Part shown: piece after piece, positions 28,244 to 36,974 of the stretch
Numbering within the stretch: position 1 is the stretch's first letter
Layout of the letters: every line of letters starts with the position of its first letter
DNA from: Trueperaceae bacterium
GTDB lineage: Bacteria; Deinococcota; Deinococci; Deinococcales; Trueperaceae
NCBI GenBank assembly: GCA_040905465.1
Contig: JBBDRK010000004.1
Coordinates: forward strand, 3,970-47,919
Length of the DNA: 43,950 bases
Reading direction: 5' to 3'
Notes under the pieces: generated by a model
Database searches by the model: none
What the model was told of the DNA's origin: nothing
Seen by the model: the letters and a program-made list of their open reading frames with translations, nothing else
Translations under genes and position numbers: made by a program

Positions 28244-29196
28244 CCCCACTGAGAGTAGCGGTCGTGGGTGCCGGCGTGATGGGCAACTATCACGCGGCCA
28301 ACTACGCCGCTCTTCCACAGGCGAAGCTGGTGGCGGTGGTCGACCCGGACCCGGAGCGACGTGCCGAAGCCGCAGCGGCGTTCGGTTGCCGCGCCTACGG
28401 CGACGTCGAGGCGATGCTGGCGGTCGAAAAGATCGACGCCGCCTCAGTGGCCGCTCCTACCGCGATGCACTACCGTCTCTCCCGGCAACTGCTGGAAGCG
28501 GGCGTGCACGTGCTCGTCGAGAAGCCCGTTGCCACCGACGTCGAGCAGGCCCTGAGCCTGATGGAGCTCAGCAAGCTCATGGGCGTCGTCCTGCAGGTCG
28601 GTCACATAACCCGCTTCTACCGTGCGGTCCACGCCCTCTCGGAAGAGGTCAGGCACCCGTACCTGATCGAGGCCCGGCGGCTCACACCGTCTGCCCGCAT
28701 CAAGGATGTCGGCGTGATACTCGACCTGATGATCCACGACATCGACATCATCCTGCGAATAGTCTCCGCTCCGGTTCAGAGCGTGTCGGTGGCGGGGCAT
28801 ATGCTCAACGGAAGTCCCTTCGAGGATGTCGCCGCCGCCCAGATAGTCTTCGAGAACGGCTGCATCGCCCGGTTGCTCGCCAGTCGCGTGGCGCCGGACC
28901 AGGAACGCAGCCTGCTGGTGAGCGAAGCGAGCCAGACCGTGAGGCTCGACTTCGCCCGTGAGCCCCAGACCGAAGTGACCATCTACCGAATGTTGTCGGC
29001 GAACGGTCACGCCGCCCAGGTAGACCGGCGGACCGTCCAGGAGGACAACCCGCTGCGCATGGAGCTCGAGCACTTCCTGGCGCGCATCGGCAACGCAGCC
29101 CAGCCCATCGGCACTCTCGAGGACGACCTCCGCTCGATCGAGCTGGCGACCCGCCTGCTGGCCGAGATGGAGCTGCGCCGGCCGGCCCTGGCCTGA
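28240..29196 (+). CDS. Gfo/Idh/MocA oxidoreductase (GnnA-like UDP-GlcNAc 3-dehydrogenase candidate)
   Basis: VVGAGVMG, HVLVEKP, DLMIHDID; coupled to lpxC by a GTGA overlap. Confidence 0.85.
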   Translation: MTPLRVAVVGAGVMGNYHAANYAALPQAKLVAVVDPDPERRAEAAAAFGCRAYGDVEAMLAVEKIDAASVAAPTAMHYRLSRQLLEAGVHVLVEKPVATDVEQALSLMELSKLMGVVLQVGHITRFYRAVHALSEEVRHPYLIEARRLTPSARIKDVGVILDLMIHDIDIILRIVSAPVQSVSVAGHMLNGSPFEDVAAAQIVFENGCIARLLASRVAPDQERSLLVSEASQTVRLDFAREPQTEVTIYRMLSANGHAAQVDRRTVQEDNPLRMELEHFLARIGNAAQPIGTLEDDLRSIELATRLLAEMELRRPALA

Positions 29197-29219
29197 GGGC
29201 GATCCGCTAGACTGCTGCC

Positions 29220-29639
29220 ATGGATGTCGACCTTTACGCCATTCTTCCGCACCGCTACCCGTTCCTGATGGTCGACGCGTTCGTTTCCCAGGAGGGCGAC
29301 CGTTTCGAATGCCTCAAGAACGTCTCCAACAACGAGCCCTTCTTCCAGGGCCACTTCCCCGGCGAGCCGGTGATGCCGGGTGTAATGATCGTGGAGGCGC
29401 TGGCTCAGGCCGCGGCGGTGGGCTTGGCGGTTCGTGAAGGTCGAGAGGACGGACAGGTCGGCTATCTGGCCGCGGTCGATTCGGCGAAATTCCGGCGGAA
29501 GGTGCTGCCCGGGGACAGCCTGCGCCTCACCGGCGAGATCCTGCTGTTCCGGCGCGGCCTCTGCAAGGTCAGTGCGGTAGCGCTGGTGGGGGATGAAGTG
29601 GCCGCCGAGGCTACGCTGTCGTTCGTGTTTGCGAGATGA
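29220..29639 (+). CDS. fabZ: 3-hydroxyacyl-ACP dehydratase
   Basis: LPHRYPFLMVD, FFQGHFPGEPVMPGV..EALAQ. Confidence 0.95.
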   Translation: MDVDLYAILPHRYPFLMVDAFVSQEGDRFECLKNVSNNEPFFQGHFPGEPVMPGVMIVEALAQAAAVGLAVREGREDGQVGYLAAVDSAKFRRKVLPGDSLRLTGEILLFRRGLCKVSAVALVGDEVAAEATLSFVFAR

Positions 29640-30415
29640 CGGTAAGAGCACTGATAGACCGTAGCGCGGTCGTGAGTCCGGCCGCGCAACTGGCCGACGG
29701 AGTGGAGATCGGCCCGTTCGCGGTGATCGAAGCGGACGTAACGATAGGCCCCGGCTCGGCAGTGCTGGCCGGGAGCGTGCTTCATTCGGGATCGCGCGTC
29801 GGAAGCGACTGCCGAATCGGGCCCTACGCCATGGTCGGGGGCCTGCCCATGGACAGCGCCTTTCGCGGCGAACCGTCGTCGACCGTGCTGGGCGACCGCG
29901 TAGTCCTCCGGGAGTTCGTGACCGTTCACCGGGCGACCGGCGAGGGCGAGGCCACCCGGGTGGGAGACGACACCCTGGTGATGAGCTACGCGCACGTGTC
30001 CCACAACGTTCAGGTAGGTGCCGGCTGCACCCTGACCACCTCGGTTCAGCTGGGCGGCCACTGCCGGGTGGACGATCGTGCTGTCCTGGGCGCCAACGCC
30101 ATCCTCCATCAGTACTGCCGGGTAGGTCGTCTGGCGATGTTCGGAGCCGGTTCCGGGTCCAATCGCGACGTGCTGCCCTTTCTCATGGCTCGCGGCAACC
30201 CGGCTCGTCACTATCGACTGAATCGGATCGGACTGCAGCGCAACGGCATCGACGGCGAGCGCTACCGAGTACTGGAGCGGGCCGTGCGGGCGCTGCGAAG
30301 ACGCGACCGTACCGCTCTCGCCGAGCTTGCTCGCGTCAGCACCGAGGTACGGTCGATCGAGGAGTTCGTCGAGTCCAGCAGGCGCGGAGTGAACCGCTTC
30401 GTCGGGAGCGATTGA
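29636..30415 (+). CDS. lpxA: Acyl-ACP--UDP-GlcNAc acyltransferase
   Basis: Hexapeptide repeats; REFVTVHRAT, YAHVSHN, HQYCRVG, LNRIGLQR. Confidence 0.93.
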   Translation: MTVRALIDRSAVVSPAAQLADGVEIGPFAVIEADVTIGPGSAVLAGSVLHSGSRVGSDCRIGPYAMVGGLPMDSAFRGEPSSTVLGDRVVLREFVTVHRATGEGEATRVGDDTLVMSYAHVSHNVQVGAGCTLTTSVQLGGHCRVDDRAVLGANAILHQYCRVGRLAMFGAGSGSNRDVLPFLMARGNPARHYRLNRIGLQRNGIDGERYRVLERAVRALRRRDRTALAELARVSTEVRSIEEFVESSRRGVNRFVGSD

Positions 30416-30418
30416 CCG

Positions 30419-31627
30419 GTGGCAGCCACCATCGTGCTGGTAAGCAACGGACCAGGTGAACTACACACCTGGGTGCGACCGGTGCTCGACGAGCTGCGCC
30501 GCCGGGCGCCCGGGTTGCGCGTGGTCATCAGCCTCATCCCCTGCCAGTTCGCAAGCGGCGGTGAGAGCCAAGCCGCGCGATCGTTCGAGCCCGACGGGGT
30601 GACCACACCGGCCCAGTACCTCCGGCTGGTTGCGGGCGGGCGCCCGCCCGCCGAGTTCGGTGACGAGGTGGCGGCGGTAGTGAGCCTGGGCGGAAGCGTC
30701 GGAATGGCCGTGCGACTGGCCGACCGGCTCGGCAGCTGTGTCTACCGGTACTCGTTCGTACCCTACTGGCATCGACGGTTGGAAACGCTGTTCGTGCACG
30801 ACGAACGGGCGTATCGCAAAGCCCGGCTGCTGGGAGCCCCCGGAGGACGCCTCGAGATAGTCGGCAACCTCGTCGCCGATGCGGTGGCGGCGAGCCGGCC
30901 GGTAGAGGATGCGGGCCGGCCGCATGTGCTGCTGCTTCCGGGTAGCCGCGACGGTTTCGCCATCCACCTGATCCCGTTCATGATCGCTTTGGCCGACAGG
31001 ATCCACGCCGACTTCCCGGCCGCGCGCTTCGTGTGGCCGCTGTCGCGGCTGCTGCGGGCCGAGACGCTCGCGGAGGGCGTGAGCGGTGTCGAGAGAGCCA
31101 CGCTCGGCGGCGTCGCCGGGCGGCGCGAGGGGAACACGGTCGTGGCGCCGGAGGGTGCACGCATCGAGCTGGTAGCGGAAGAGGAACGTTACCGGCAGAT
31201 GGCCAGTGCCGACCTGGCGGTCACCATCCCCGGCACCAATACCCTCGAGCTGGGCGTGGCCGGCGTTCCCTCGATCGTGGTGCTGCCGCTCAACCGGCCG
31301 GAAGTGATTCCGCTGGAGGGCCCGGGACACTGGCTGTCGCTGCTGCCGCTGGTGGGGATCCCGCTCAAGCGCCGCGCCGTGCGGCTGTTCGTGGAGCGCC
31401 TGTCGTACCCGGTGTCGCTGCCCAACCAGCTCACGGGCGAGGACCTGATGGTGGAACTGCGCGGAACAATCGATCCGGCAGGCGTGGCGGAGCGGGCGAT
31501 TGCGCTACTCGAGGACCCGCAAGACCTGGCTCGCCGCCGCGAGCGCCTGCTGGCGGCCATGCCGCAGCCGGGGGCCGCCGCCAGGGTTGCCGAACGTGTT
31601 CTGGCCTCTCTGCCTGCACATGTCTGA
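30419..31627 (+). CDS. lpxB: Lipid-A-disaccharide synthase-like GT-B glycosyltransferase (divergent LpxB)
   Basis: SNGPGE N-terminus, VGNL, LLPGSR, GTNTLELG, SLPN; position after lpxA. Confidence 0.75.
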   Translation: MAATIVLVSNGPGELHTWVRPVLDELRRRAPGLRVVISLIPCQFASGGESQAARSFEPDGVTTPAQYLRLVAGGRPPAEFGDEVAAVVSLGGSVGMAVRLADRLGSCVYRYSFVPYWHRRLETLFVHDERAYRKARLLGAPGGRLEIVGNLVADAVAASRPVEDAGRPHVLLLPGSRDGFAIHLIPFMIALADRIHADFPAARFVWPLSRLLRAETLAEGVSGVERATLGGVAGRREGNTVVAPEGARIELVAEEERYRQMASADLAVTIPGTNTLELGVAGVPSIVVLPLNRPEVIPLEGPGHWLSLLPLVGIPLKRRAVRLFVERLSYPVSLPNQLTGEDLMVELRGTIDPAGVAERAIALLEDPQDLARRRERLLAAMPQPGAAARVAERVLASLPAHV

Positions 31628-33371
31628 GTTGCCGCCGCTCCTGCTGCCGCGCACGCCTCCGGCAATCGCCGGCCTGCTGGCGGCGCTGGTGAACGCCGCC
31701 ATGCGCGTCGCCGTCATTCCACTGTTCGTGACGCCACTGATCGACCGGGTGGTGGGGCAAGGACGGCTCGAGGCTCTGGCGCCGCTTCTGGCATTGGCGG
31801 CGCTGCTGGTGGTGGCGGGAAGCCTGGCGCTCTGGGCCCAGGACGCTCTGTTGGGACGAGCCGCCGCCATCAACGCCGCGAGTTGGCGCGAAGCGCTCTA
31901 CCGGCGGCTGTTGCGGCGGTCTCCGGGCAGGCTTCCCGGGACCAGCGGAGGACTGGCCTCACGCGTCCTGCATGACCTGCGCGAGGTCGAAACCTTTCAC
32001 CAGTTCGGCCTCGGCACGCTGGTTGCCGAGAGCTTCACGGTGCTGGGTATTCTGGCGGTGCTGGGCGCCACCAACGCGTCGGCAACCGCCCTGCTGGTGG
32101 CGCTGTGCCTGCCGTTGGTCATCGTGCTTCGTGCCGTCGGCGTGCGGCTCGAAGCGGTGGCGAAACGCTCGCAGGCGAGCACCGAGGAGCTCGGCACCCA
32201 CCTGCAGGAGGGTCTACGGCACCACGAGACGGTGCGGGCGTTCGACGCTACCGGCTTCATGCTCGGCCGCTTCGGCGAAGTGAACCGGCGCACGGCCTCG
32301 GCAATGAGCAGGCGCAGCGCCCTGGCGGCACTCCAGATACCGGCAACCCAAGTGCTGGCGTTCGCCGCCCTGGGAGCGTTGGTGGCGGTCCTGGCGGCCA
32401 GCGCCGCACAGGGTGGGATGACCGTCGGCGAGATAGTCTCCTTCATCACCCTGGTCGCCCTGCTCTCCACCCCGGCTCAACTCCTCCCGCGGGGCATCGC
32501 CATGGCTCAGCAGGCCGGCGCCGCCGCGAAGCGGCTGCGTGAGCTGGCAGAACTGGAGCCGGCCGCCAAGGGCGCTCCGTCCGGAGATCGTCGGCCTGGT
32601 GGAGCCGTTGCCGCGCGTTCGGCGGCCAACCTGGAGCTGCGCGGAGTCGAGGTCGGCCACGGCGCAGAGCCGCTGCTGCGGGGCGTCGACATGCGCCTTG
32701 CCGGCCCGGGCCTCGCCGTGCTGGTGGGCGAAAGCGGAAGCGGCAAGACCACTCTCCTGCGCCTGCTGCTGCGCTTCCACCCGCTCGAGCGGGGCGAGGT
32801 GCTGCTGGGCGGCAAGCCGCTGGCGGCCTGGCCGGAGGGCGAACTCCGGCGAGCGGTTGCCTACGTGGCCCAGGGGCACGAGCTGTTGCGCGGAACGGTG
32901 CGCGATAACCTTGCCCTGGGGCGAAACGTCGACGACGAGCAACTCTGGCGAGTGCTCGCCGAGGTGCAACTTGCCACGGTAGTCGACAGGCTGCCGGCCG
33001 GGCTCGACTACCGGCTGGGCGAAGACGGCGGCGGGCTCTCGGGGGGCCAGCGTCAACGACTGGCGCTGGCGCGGGCGCTGCTGAGCGACCCGGCCGTTCT
33101 GCTGCTCGACGAACCCACCTCCAACCTCGACGAGGGCGCCGAAACGGAGCTGGTGGCGCTGTTGCAGAGGCAGGCCGTCGACCGGCTGGTGCTGGCCGCG
33201 ACCCATCGTCCGGCATTGAGCGACGCGGCAGAGCGGTCTTGGCGCGTGTCGGCAGGCAGTGTGCGTGAACTGGGCGATGCCGTTGACGGTTCGGCTGAGG
33301 ACTCGATTGACGAGGACGGTGACGGGAGCGGCGGGAACCCCGGCGGCGCCGGTGCCGAGGTGAGCCGGTGA
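31620..33371 (+). CDS. ABC exporter, fused TMD-NBD (MsbA-like)
   Basis: N-terminal TM domain; GESGSGKT, LSGGQRQR, LLDEPT, H-loop; ATG 31620 overlaps the lpxB end. Confidence 0.85.
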   Translation: MSELPPLLLPRTPPAIAGLLAALVNAAMRVAVIPLFVTPLIDRVVGQGRLEALAPLLALAALLVVAGSLALWAQDALLGRAAAINAASWREALYRRLLRRSPGRLPGTSGGLASRVLHDLREVETFHQFGLGTLVAESFTVLGILAVLGATNASATALLVALCLPLVIVLRAVGVRLEAVAKRSQASTEELGTHLQEGLRHHETVRAFDATGFMLGRFGEVNRRTASAMSRRSALAALQIPATQVLAFAALGALVAVLAASAAQGGMTVGEIVSFITLVALLSTPAQLLPRGIAMAQQAGAAAKRLRELAELEPAAKGAPSGDRRPGGAVAARSAANLELRGVEVGHGAEPLLRGVDMRLAGPGLAVLVGESGSGKTTLLRLLLRFHPLERGEVLLGGKPLAAWPEGELRRAVAYVAQGHELLRGTVRDNLALGRNVDDEQLWRVLAEVQLATVVDRLPAGLDYRLGEDGGGLSGGQRQRLALARALLSDPAVLLLDEPTSNLDEGAETELVALLQRQAVDRLVLAATHRPALSDAAERSWRVSAGSVRELGDAVDGSAEDSIDEDGDGSGGNPGGAGAEVSR

Positions 33372-34120
33372 GCGACGTCCCCGACATCTACGACGAGCCG
33401 GACCTATACGACGAGCAGTATCTGCGCTACCGCGACGACATCCCCTTCTACCAGCGGTTGGCGGTAGATGTCGGCGAGCCGGTGCTCGAGCTCGGCGCCG
33501 GCAGCGGGCGGCTGAGCGTGGAGTTGGGACGGGCCGGTCACCGGGTGGTGGGCGTCGAACTGTCTCCGCGGATGCTCGAGCAGGGTCGCGCAAGGGTGGA
33601 GGCGGAGCGCTTGGATGAACGTGTGCGCCTGCTGGCCGGCGACATGCGCAAACTCCGGCTCGAGGAGAGGTTCCCGCTGATCGTGGCGGCGTTCAACACC
33701 CTGATGCACCTCTACACGCCGGCCGACCAGGATGCCGCCTTGGCCACGGTCGCCACGCTCCTGGCGCCCGGCGGCACGTTCGCCTTCGATCTGTTCCTGC
33801 CCGAGTTCGGTCCCCAGGGGCTGCTTCGCCGTGAAGCCGAGTGGGAGAACGTTGGCGGCGCGCGCAGTGAACTGTTCCTGGTGCAGGAGCACGACCGGGT
33901 TGCCCAGACGATCACCTCGCGCTACTATCTCGACAGCAGTGGCGCCGACGGCCTGCTGCGGCGGCGCACCACCACCTTGCATCAGCGTTACTACACGCGC
34001 TTCGAGATAGAAAGGGCGTTGCGTCAGGCAGGCTTCTCGCGCATCAGCCTGTCGGGCGACTTCGACCGCCGCCCGGTTACCGCCGACTCTCCCCGTCTGG
34101 TCGGCCTCGCCCGGCTCTGA
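33368..34120 (+). CDS. Class I SAM-dependent methyltransferase
   Basis: VLELGAGSGR, GVELSPRML, GDMR; GTGA overlap with the ABC exporter. Confidence 0.9.
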   Translation: MSDVPDIYDEPDLYDEQYLRYRDDIPFYQRLAVDVGEPVLELGAGSGRLSVELGRAGHRVVGVELSPRMLEQGRARVEAERLDERVRLLAGDMRKLRLEERFPLIVAAFNTLMHLYTPADQDAALATVATLLAPGGTFAFDLFLPEFGPQGLLRREAEWENVGGARSELFLVQEHDRVAQTITSRYYLDSSGADGLLRRRTTTLHQRYYTRFEIERALRQAGFSRISLSGDFDRRPVTADSPRLVGLARL

Positions 34121-34126
34121 CAGGCC

Positions 34127-35266
34127 TCAGGCCGCCTCCAGCGTCCTCATCGCGGCGGCCACGCCCAAGCCGTAAGGCACATCGCGGCCCAGCTCGCGCA
34201 TTACCTCCTCGAGTGCGGCAACGGTCAACACGGCGTCGTAGCGATCGGCCCAACCGAGAAGTGACGGGCGGATCAGCGCCGGTTTCGCCTGGTCCTGACC
34301 ACCGGAGATCACGATTCCGCGGCGTGCCAGCGCCGAGACGACGTCGGGAGCGGAGATGCCTGCCGGCACCGTCATCGCGGCGACCGCCGGGCTGACCCTC
34401 TCGGCGTAACCGTCCAGGCCGATCGCACCGCCGCCCGCCAGGAGCGCCTGGTTGAGTCGCGCCCGGCGGGCCCACAGCCCCTCGACGCCCTCATCGAGCA
34501 GCATTCCGAGCGCCACGTCGAGCCCAGCAAGCAGGTTCAGCGCCGGAGTGAACGCCGTCTCCCCCTTTGCCTGACTGCTGCGCTCCCGGTGCAGGTCGAG
34601 ATAGAAACCGGCCGGCCGGTCCGCGTCGGCCGAGCGCCAGGCGCGCTCCGAGAGCCACGCCACGCCGAGGCCGGGCGGGGTCATGAGACCTTTCTGCGAG
34701 CCGGAGACGATCGCGTCCAGGCCCCACTCTCGAGGGCGCAGTTCGGCAGCGGCCAGCGAGGTCACCGCATCCACCAGCACCAAAGCGGCGGGTGTCTGCT
34801 CCCGGGCGGTCCGAGCGAGGGCCGCAACGTCGTGCAGGACGCCCGTGGAGGTTTCGGAGTGAGTAGTGGTGATGGCTGCGGTGTCCGGATGACCGGCCAG
34901 GGTGCTTGCCAGTTCCGCGGGATCGGCCGCCTTGCCCCAGGGGAAGGAGAGCGGAACCACCTCGTAGCCGAACCGCTCGGCCATCTTGCCCCAGCGTTCA
35001 CCGAACTTCCCGGCCTGCACCGCCACGATCTTGGCACCGCGCGGCACGCTGGCCAGCAGTACCGACTCGAACGCGGCGGTGCCGGAACCGCCGACCACCA
35101 GCACCTCCTCGCCGGGAACACAGGCGACTTCGGCCAGGCGTTCGCGCACTCGCAGCAGCAGCGTGCGGAACCGGCCGCCCCGGTGCATGAACACCGGCCG
35201 GGCCAGCGCCTCGAGTACCTCCGGGGGCACCGCGACCGGGCCTGGGGCAAGCAGACGGTGTTTCAT
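34127..35266 (-). CDS. Class V PLP aminotransferase (alanine-glyoxylate/serine-pyruvate family)
   Basis: LLAPGP, HSETSTGV, VDAVTS, SGSQKGLMTPPG (PLP lysine). Confidence 0.92.
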   Translation of the reverse strand: MKHRLLAPGPVAVPPEVLEALARPVFMHRGGRFRTLLLRVRERLAEVACVPGEEVLVVGGSGTAAFESVLLASVPRGAKIVAVQAGKFGERWGKMAERFGYEVVPLSFPWGKAADPAELASTLAGHPDTAAITTTHSETSTGVLHDVAALARTAREQTPAALVLVDAVTSLAAAELRPREWGLDAIVSGSQKGLMTPPGLGVAWLSERAWRSADADRPAGFYLDLHRERSSQAKGETAFTPALNLLAGLDVALGMLLDEGVEGLWARRARLNQALLAGGGAIGLDGYAERVSPAVAAMTVPAGISAPDVVSALARRGIVISGGQDQAKPALIRPSLLGWADRYDAVLTVAALEEVMRELGRDVPYGLGVAAAMRTLEAA

Positions 35267-35348
35267 ACGGCAGCTCCCGCCAGGCGCAGCCTCGCTACGG
35301 CTGCCGCCGTCCCGAGCTGCAGCGGCGCACTACGGTGACAGCGATGAC

Positions 35349-36920
35349 TCACAGCCGCACCATCCTCAGGCTGCGGATCACGTCGGTCATGTCTCCGAGC
35401 ACCTCCAGCACGTTGTCGGGCGGGACCTCGTCGAGCGTCAGGGCGAACATGGCGACGCCGTTGCCGTTTACCCGGGAGAGCTGCATCCCCGAGATGTTCA
35501 CGCCTGCTTCGCCGAGAACCGTCCCGACCCGGCCGACCGCGCCCGGCCGGTCGTAGTTGGTGCAGATCAACATCGTGCCCTCCGGGCGAATCTCGATCGG
35601 ATAGTCCTCGATGCTGACGATTCGTGGCCGGTCGCCGAGAACGCTGCCGCCGACCGATGCGCGGTCCTCGTCGCTTACCGCGGACACGCCGACGTGGCTG
35701 GTGTATCCACGGCCGCGCGAGGCGGTGACACGCGAGACCCTGATGTCGCGCTCGCGCGCGATCGACGGTGCGTTCACGTAGTTCGGCGGCTCATCGAGTA
35801 TCGGTTCCAGGAATCCCTTGGTCACGGCCACCGCGATAGGGTCGGGATCGATGGGGAATGTCCCGGAGAACTCGATCTCCAGTCCACGTACCCGGCCACG
35901 CACGAGTTGCGAGACCATCCGGCCCAGCGCTTCGCCCAGCTCCAGGTAGCGCCCCAGCGACTCCATCACCTCCGGCGCCAGGGCCGGTGCGTTCACCACT
36001 CCGCGTGAATAGTCCCCGCGCAGCGTCATCGCCGTGCGTTCCAGAATCTCGATTCCGACCCGCGCTTGTGCTTCGGCGGTGTTGGCGCCCAGGTGAGCGG
36101 TCAACACCACGTTTTCCCGTTGCAGCAACGGGTGATCGGCCCGTGGCGGCTCGAGCACGTAGACGTCGAGTCCGGCTGCGAACAGCTTCCCGCTTTCCAG
36201 TGCCGCCACCAGAGCATCCTCCTGAACGATGCCGCCGCGCGCCGCATTGACCACGATGGCTCCCCGAGGCAGCCGGGCGAGCTCGTCCGCTCCGATTATT
36301 CCGTCGGTCTCCTCGGTCAGCGGCGTGTGGACCGTCAGGAAATCGGAGCGCTCCAGCATCGCTCCCAAGTCGTCGAAGAGCTCCACCTTCAGTTCCTCGG
36401 CGCGCCTGCGGGAGACGTACGGGTCGTAGGCAGCCACCTGCATCCCGAGTCCCTGGGCGCGCCGGCTCACCAACGAACCGATTCGTCCCAGGCCGACGAT
36501 TCCCAGTCGGGCGTCTTTCACCTCGCGGCCCAGGAACTTGCGGTCCCAGGTGCCGCTGCGAATCAACCGGTCGGAGCGGCTCACGCCGCGCGCGGCCGCC
36601 AGCATGAGGGCGATGGCCAGTTCGGCGGCCGATACGTTGTTGGCCTCGGGGGCGTTGAGCACCAGAATGCCGCGACGGCTGGCCGCATCGAGATCGATGT
36701 TGTCGACGCCGACGCCGCCTCGCCCCACGACCCGCAGCTTGCTCGCCCTGCGGATCAGCTCGTCGTCCACCTGGGTGCGCGAACGGGTGATGAGCCCGTC
36801 GTAGCGATCCACGATCTCCAGCAGGTCCTCCCGGGAGATTCCTTCGTGGTAGTCGACTTCGATATCAGGGTAGGTAGCGTCGCCGAGCTGAATTGTGTCG
36901 GTGACCAGGATCCTGAACAT
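35349..36920 (-). CDS. serA: D-3-phosphoglycerate dehydrogenase (with ASB and ACT domains)
   Basis: GRGGVGVDNID, GLGRIG, NAARGG, HLGANT.EAQ, C-terminal DRPG ACT domain; start moved to ATG 36920. Confidence 0.95.
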   Translation of the reverse strand: MFRILVTDTIQLGDATYPDIEVDYHEGISREDLLEIVDRYDGLITRSRTQVDDELIRRASKLRVVGRGGVGVDNIDLDAASRRGILVLNAPEANNVSAAELAIALMLAAARGVSRSDRLIRSGTWDRKFLGREVKDARLGIVGLGRIGSLVSRRAQGLGMQVAAYDPYVSRRRAEELKVELFDDLGAMLERSDFLTVHTPLTEETDGIIGADELARLPRGAIVVNAARGGIVQEDALVAALESGKLFAAGLDVYVLEPPRADHPLLQRENVVLTAHLGANTAEAQARVGIEILERTAMTLRGDYSRGVVNAPALAPEVMESLGRYLELGEALGRMVSQLVRGRVRGLEIEFSGTFPIDPDPIAVAVTKGFLEPILDEPPNYVNAPSIARERDIRVSRVTASRGRGYTSHVGVSAVSDEDRASVGGSVLGDRPRIVSIEDYPIEIRPEGTMLICTNYDRPGAVGRVGTVLGEAGVNISGMQLSRVNGNGVAMFALTLDEVPPDNVLEVLGDMTDVIRSLRMVRL

Positions 36921-36974
36921 ACCAGCGGACGATATCACGCCCCGCCGGCCGGGCCATGCAACGGGCGCGCCGGA

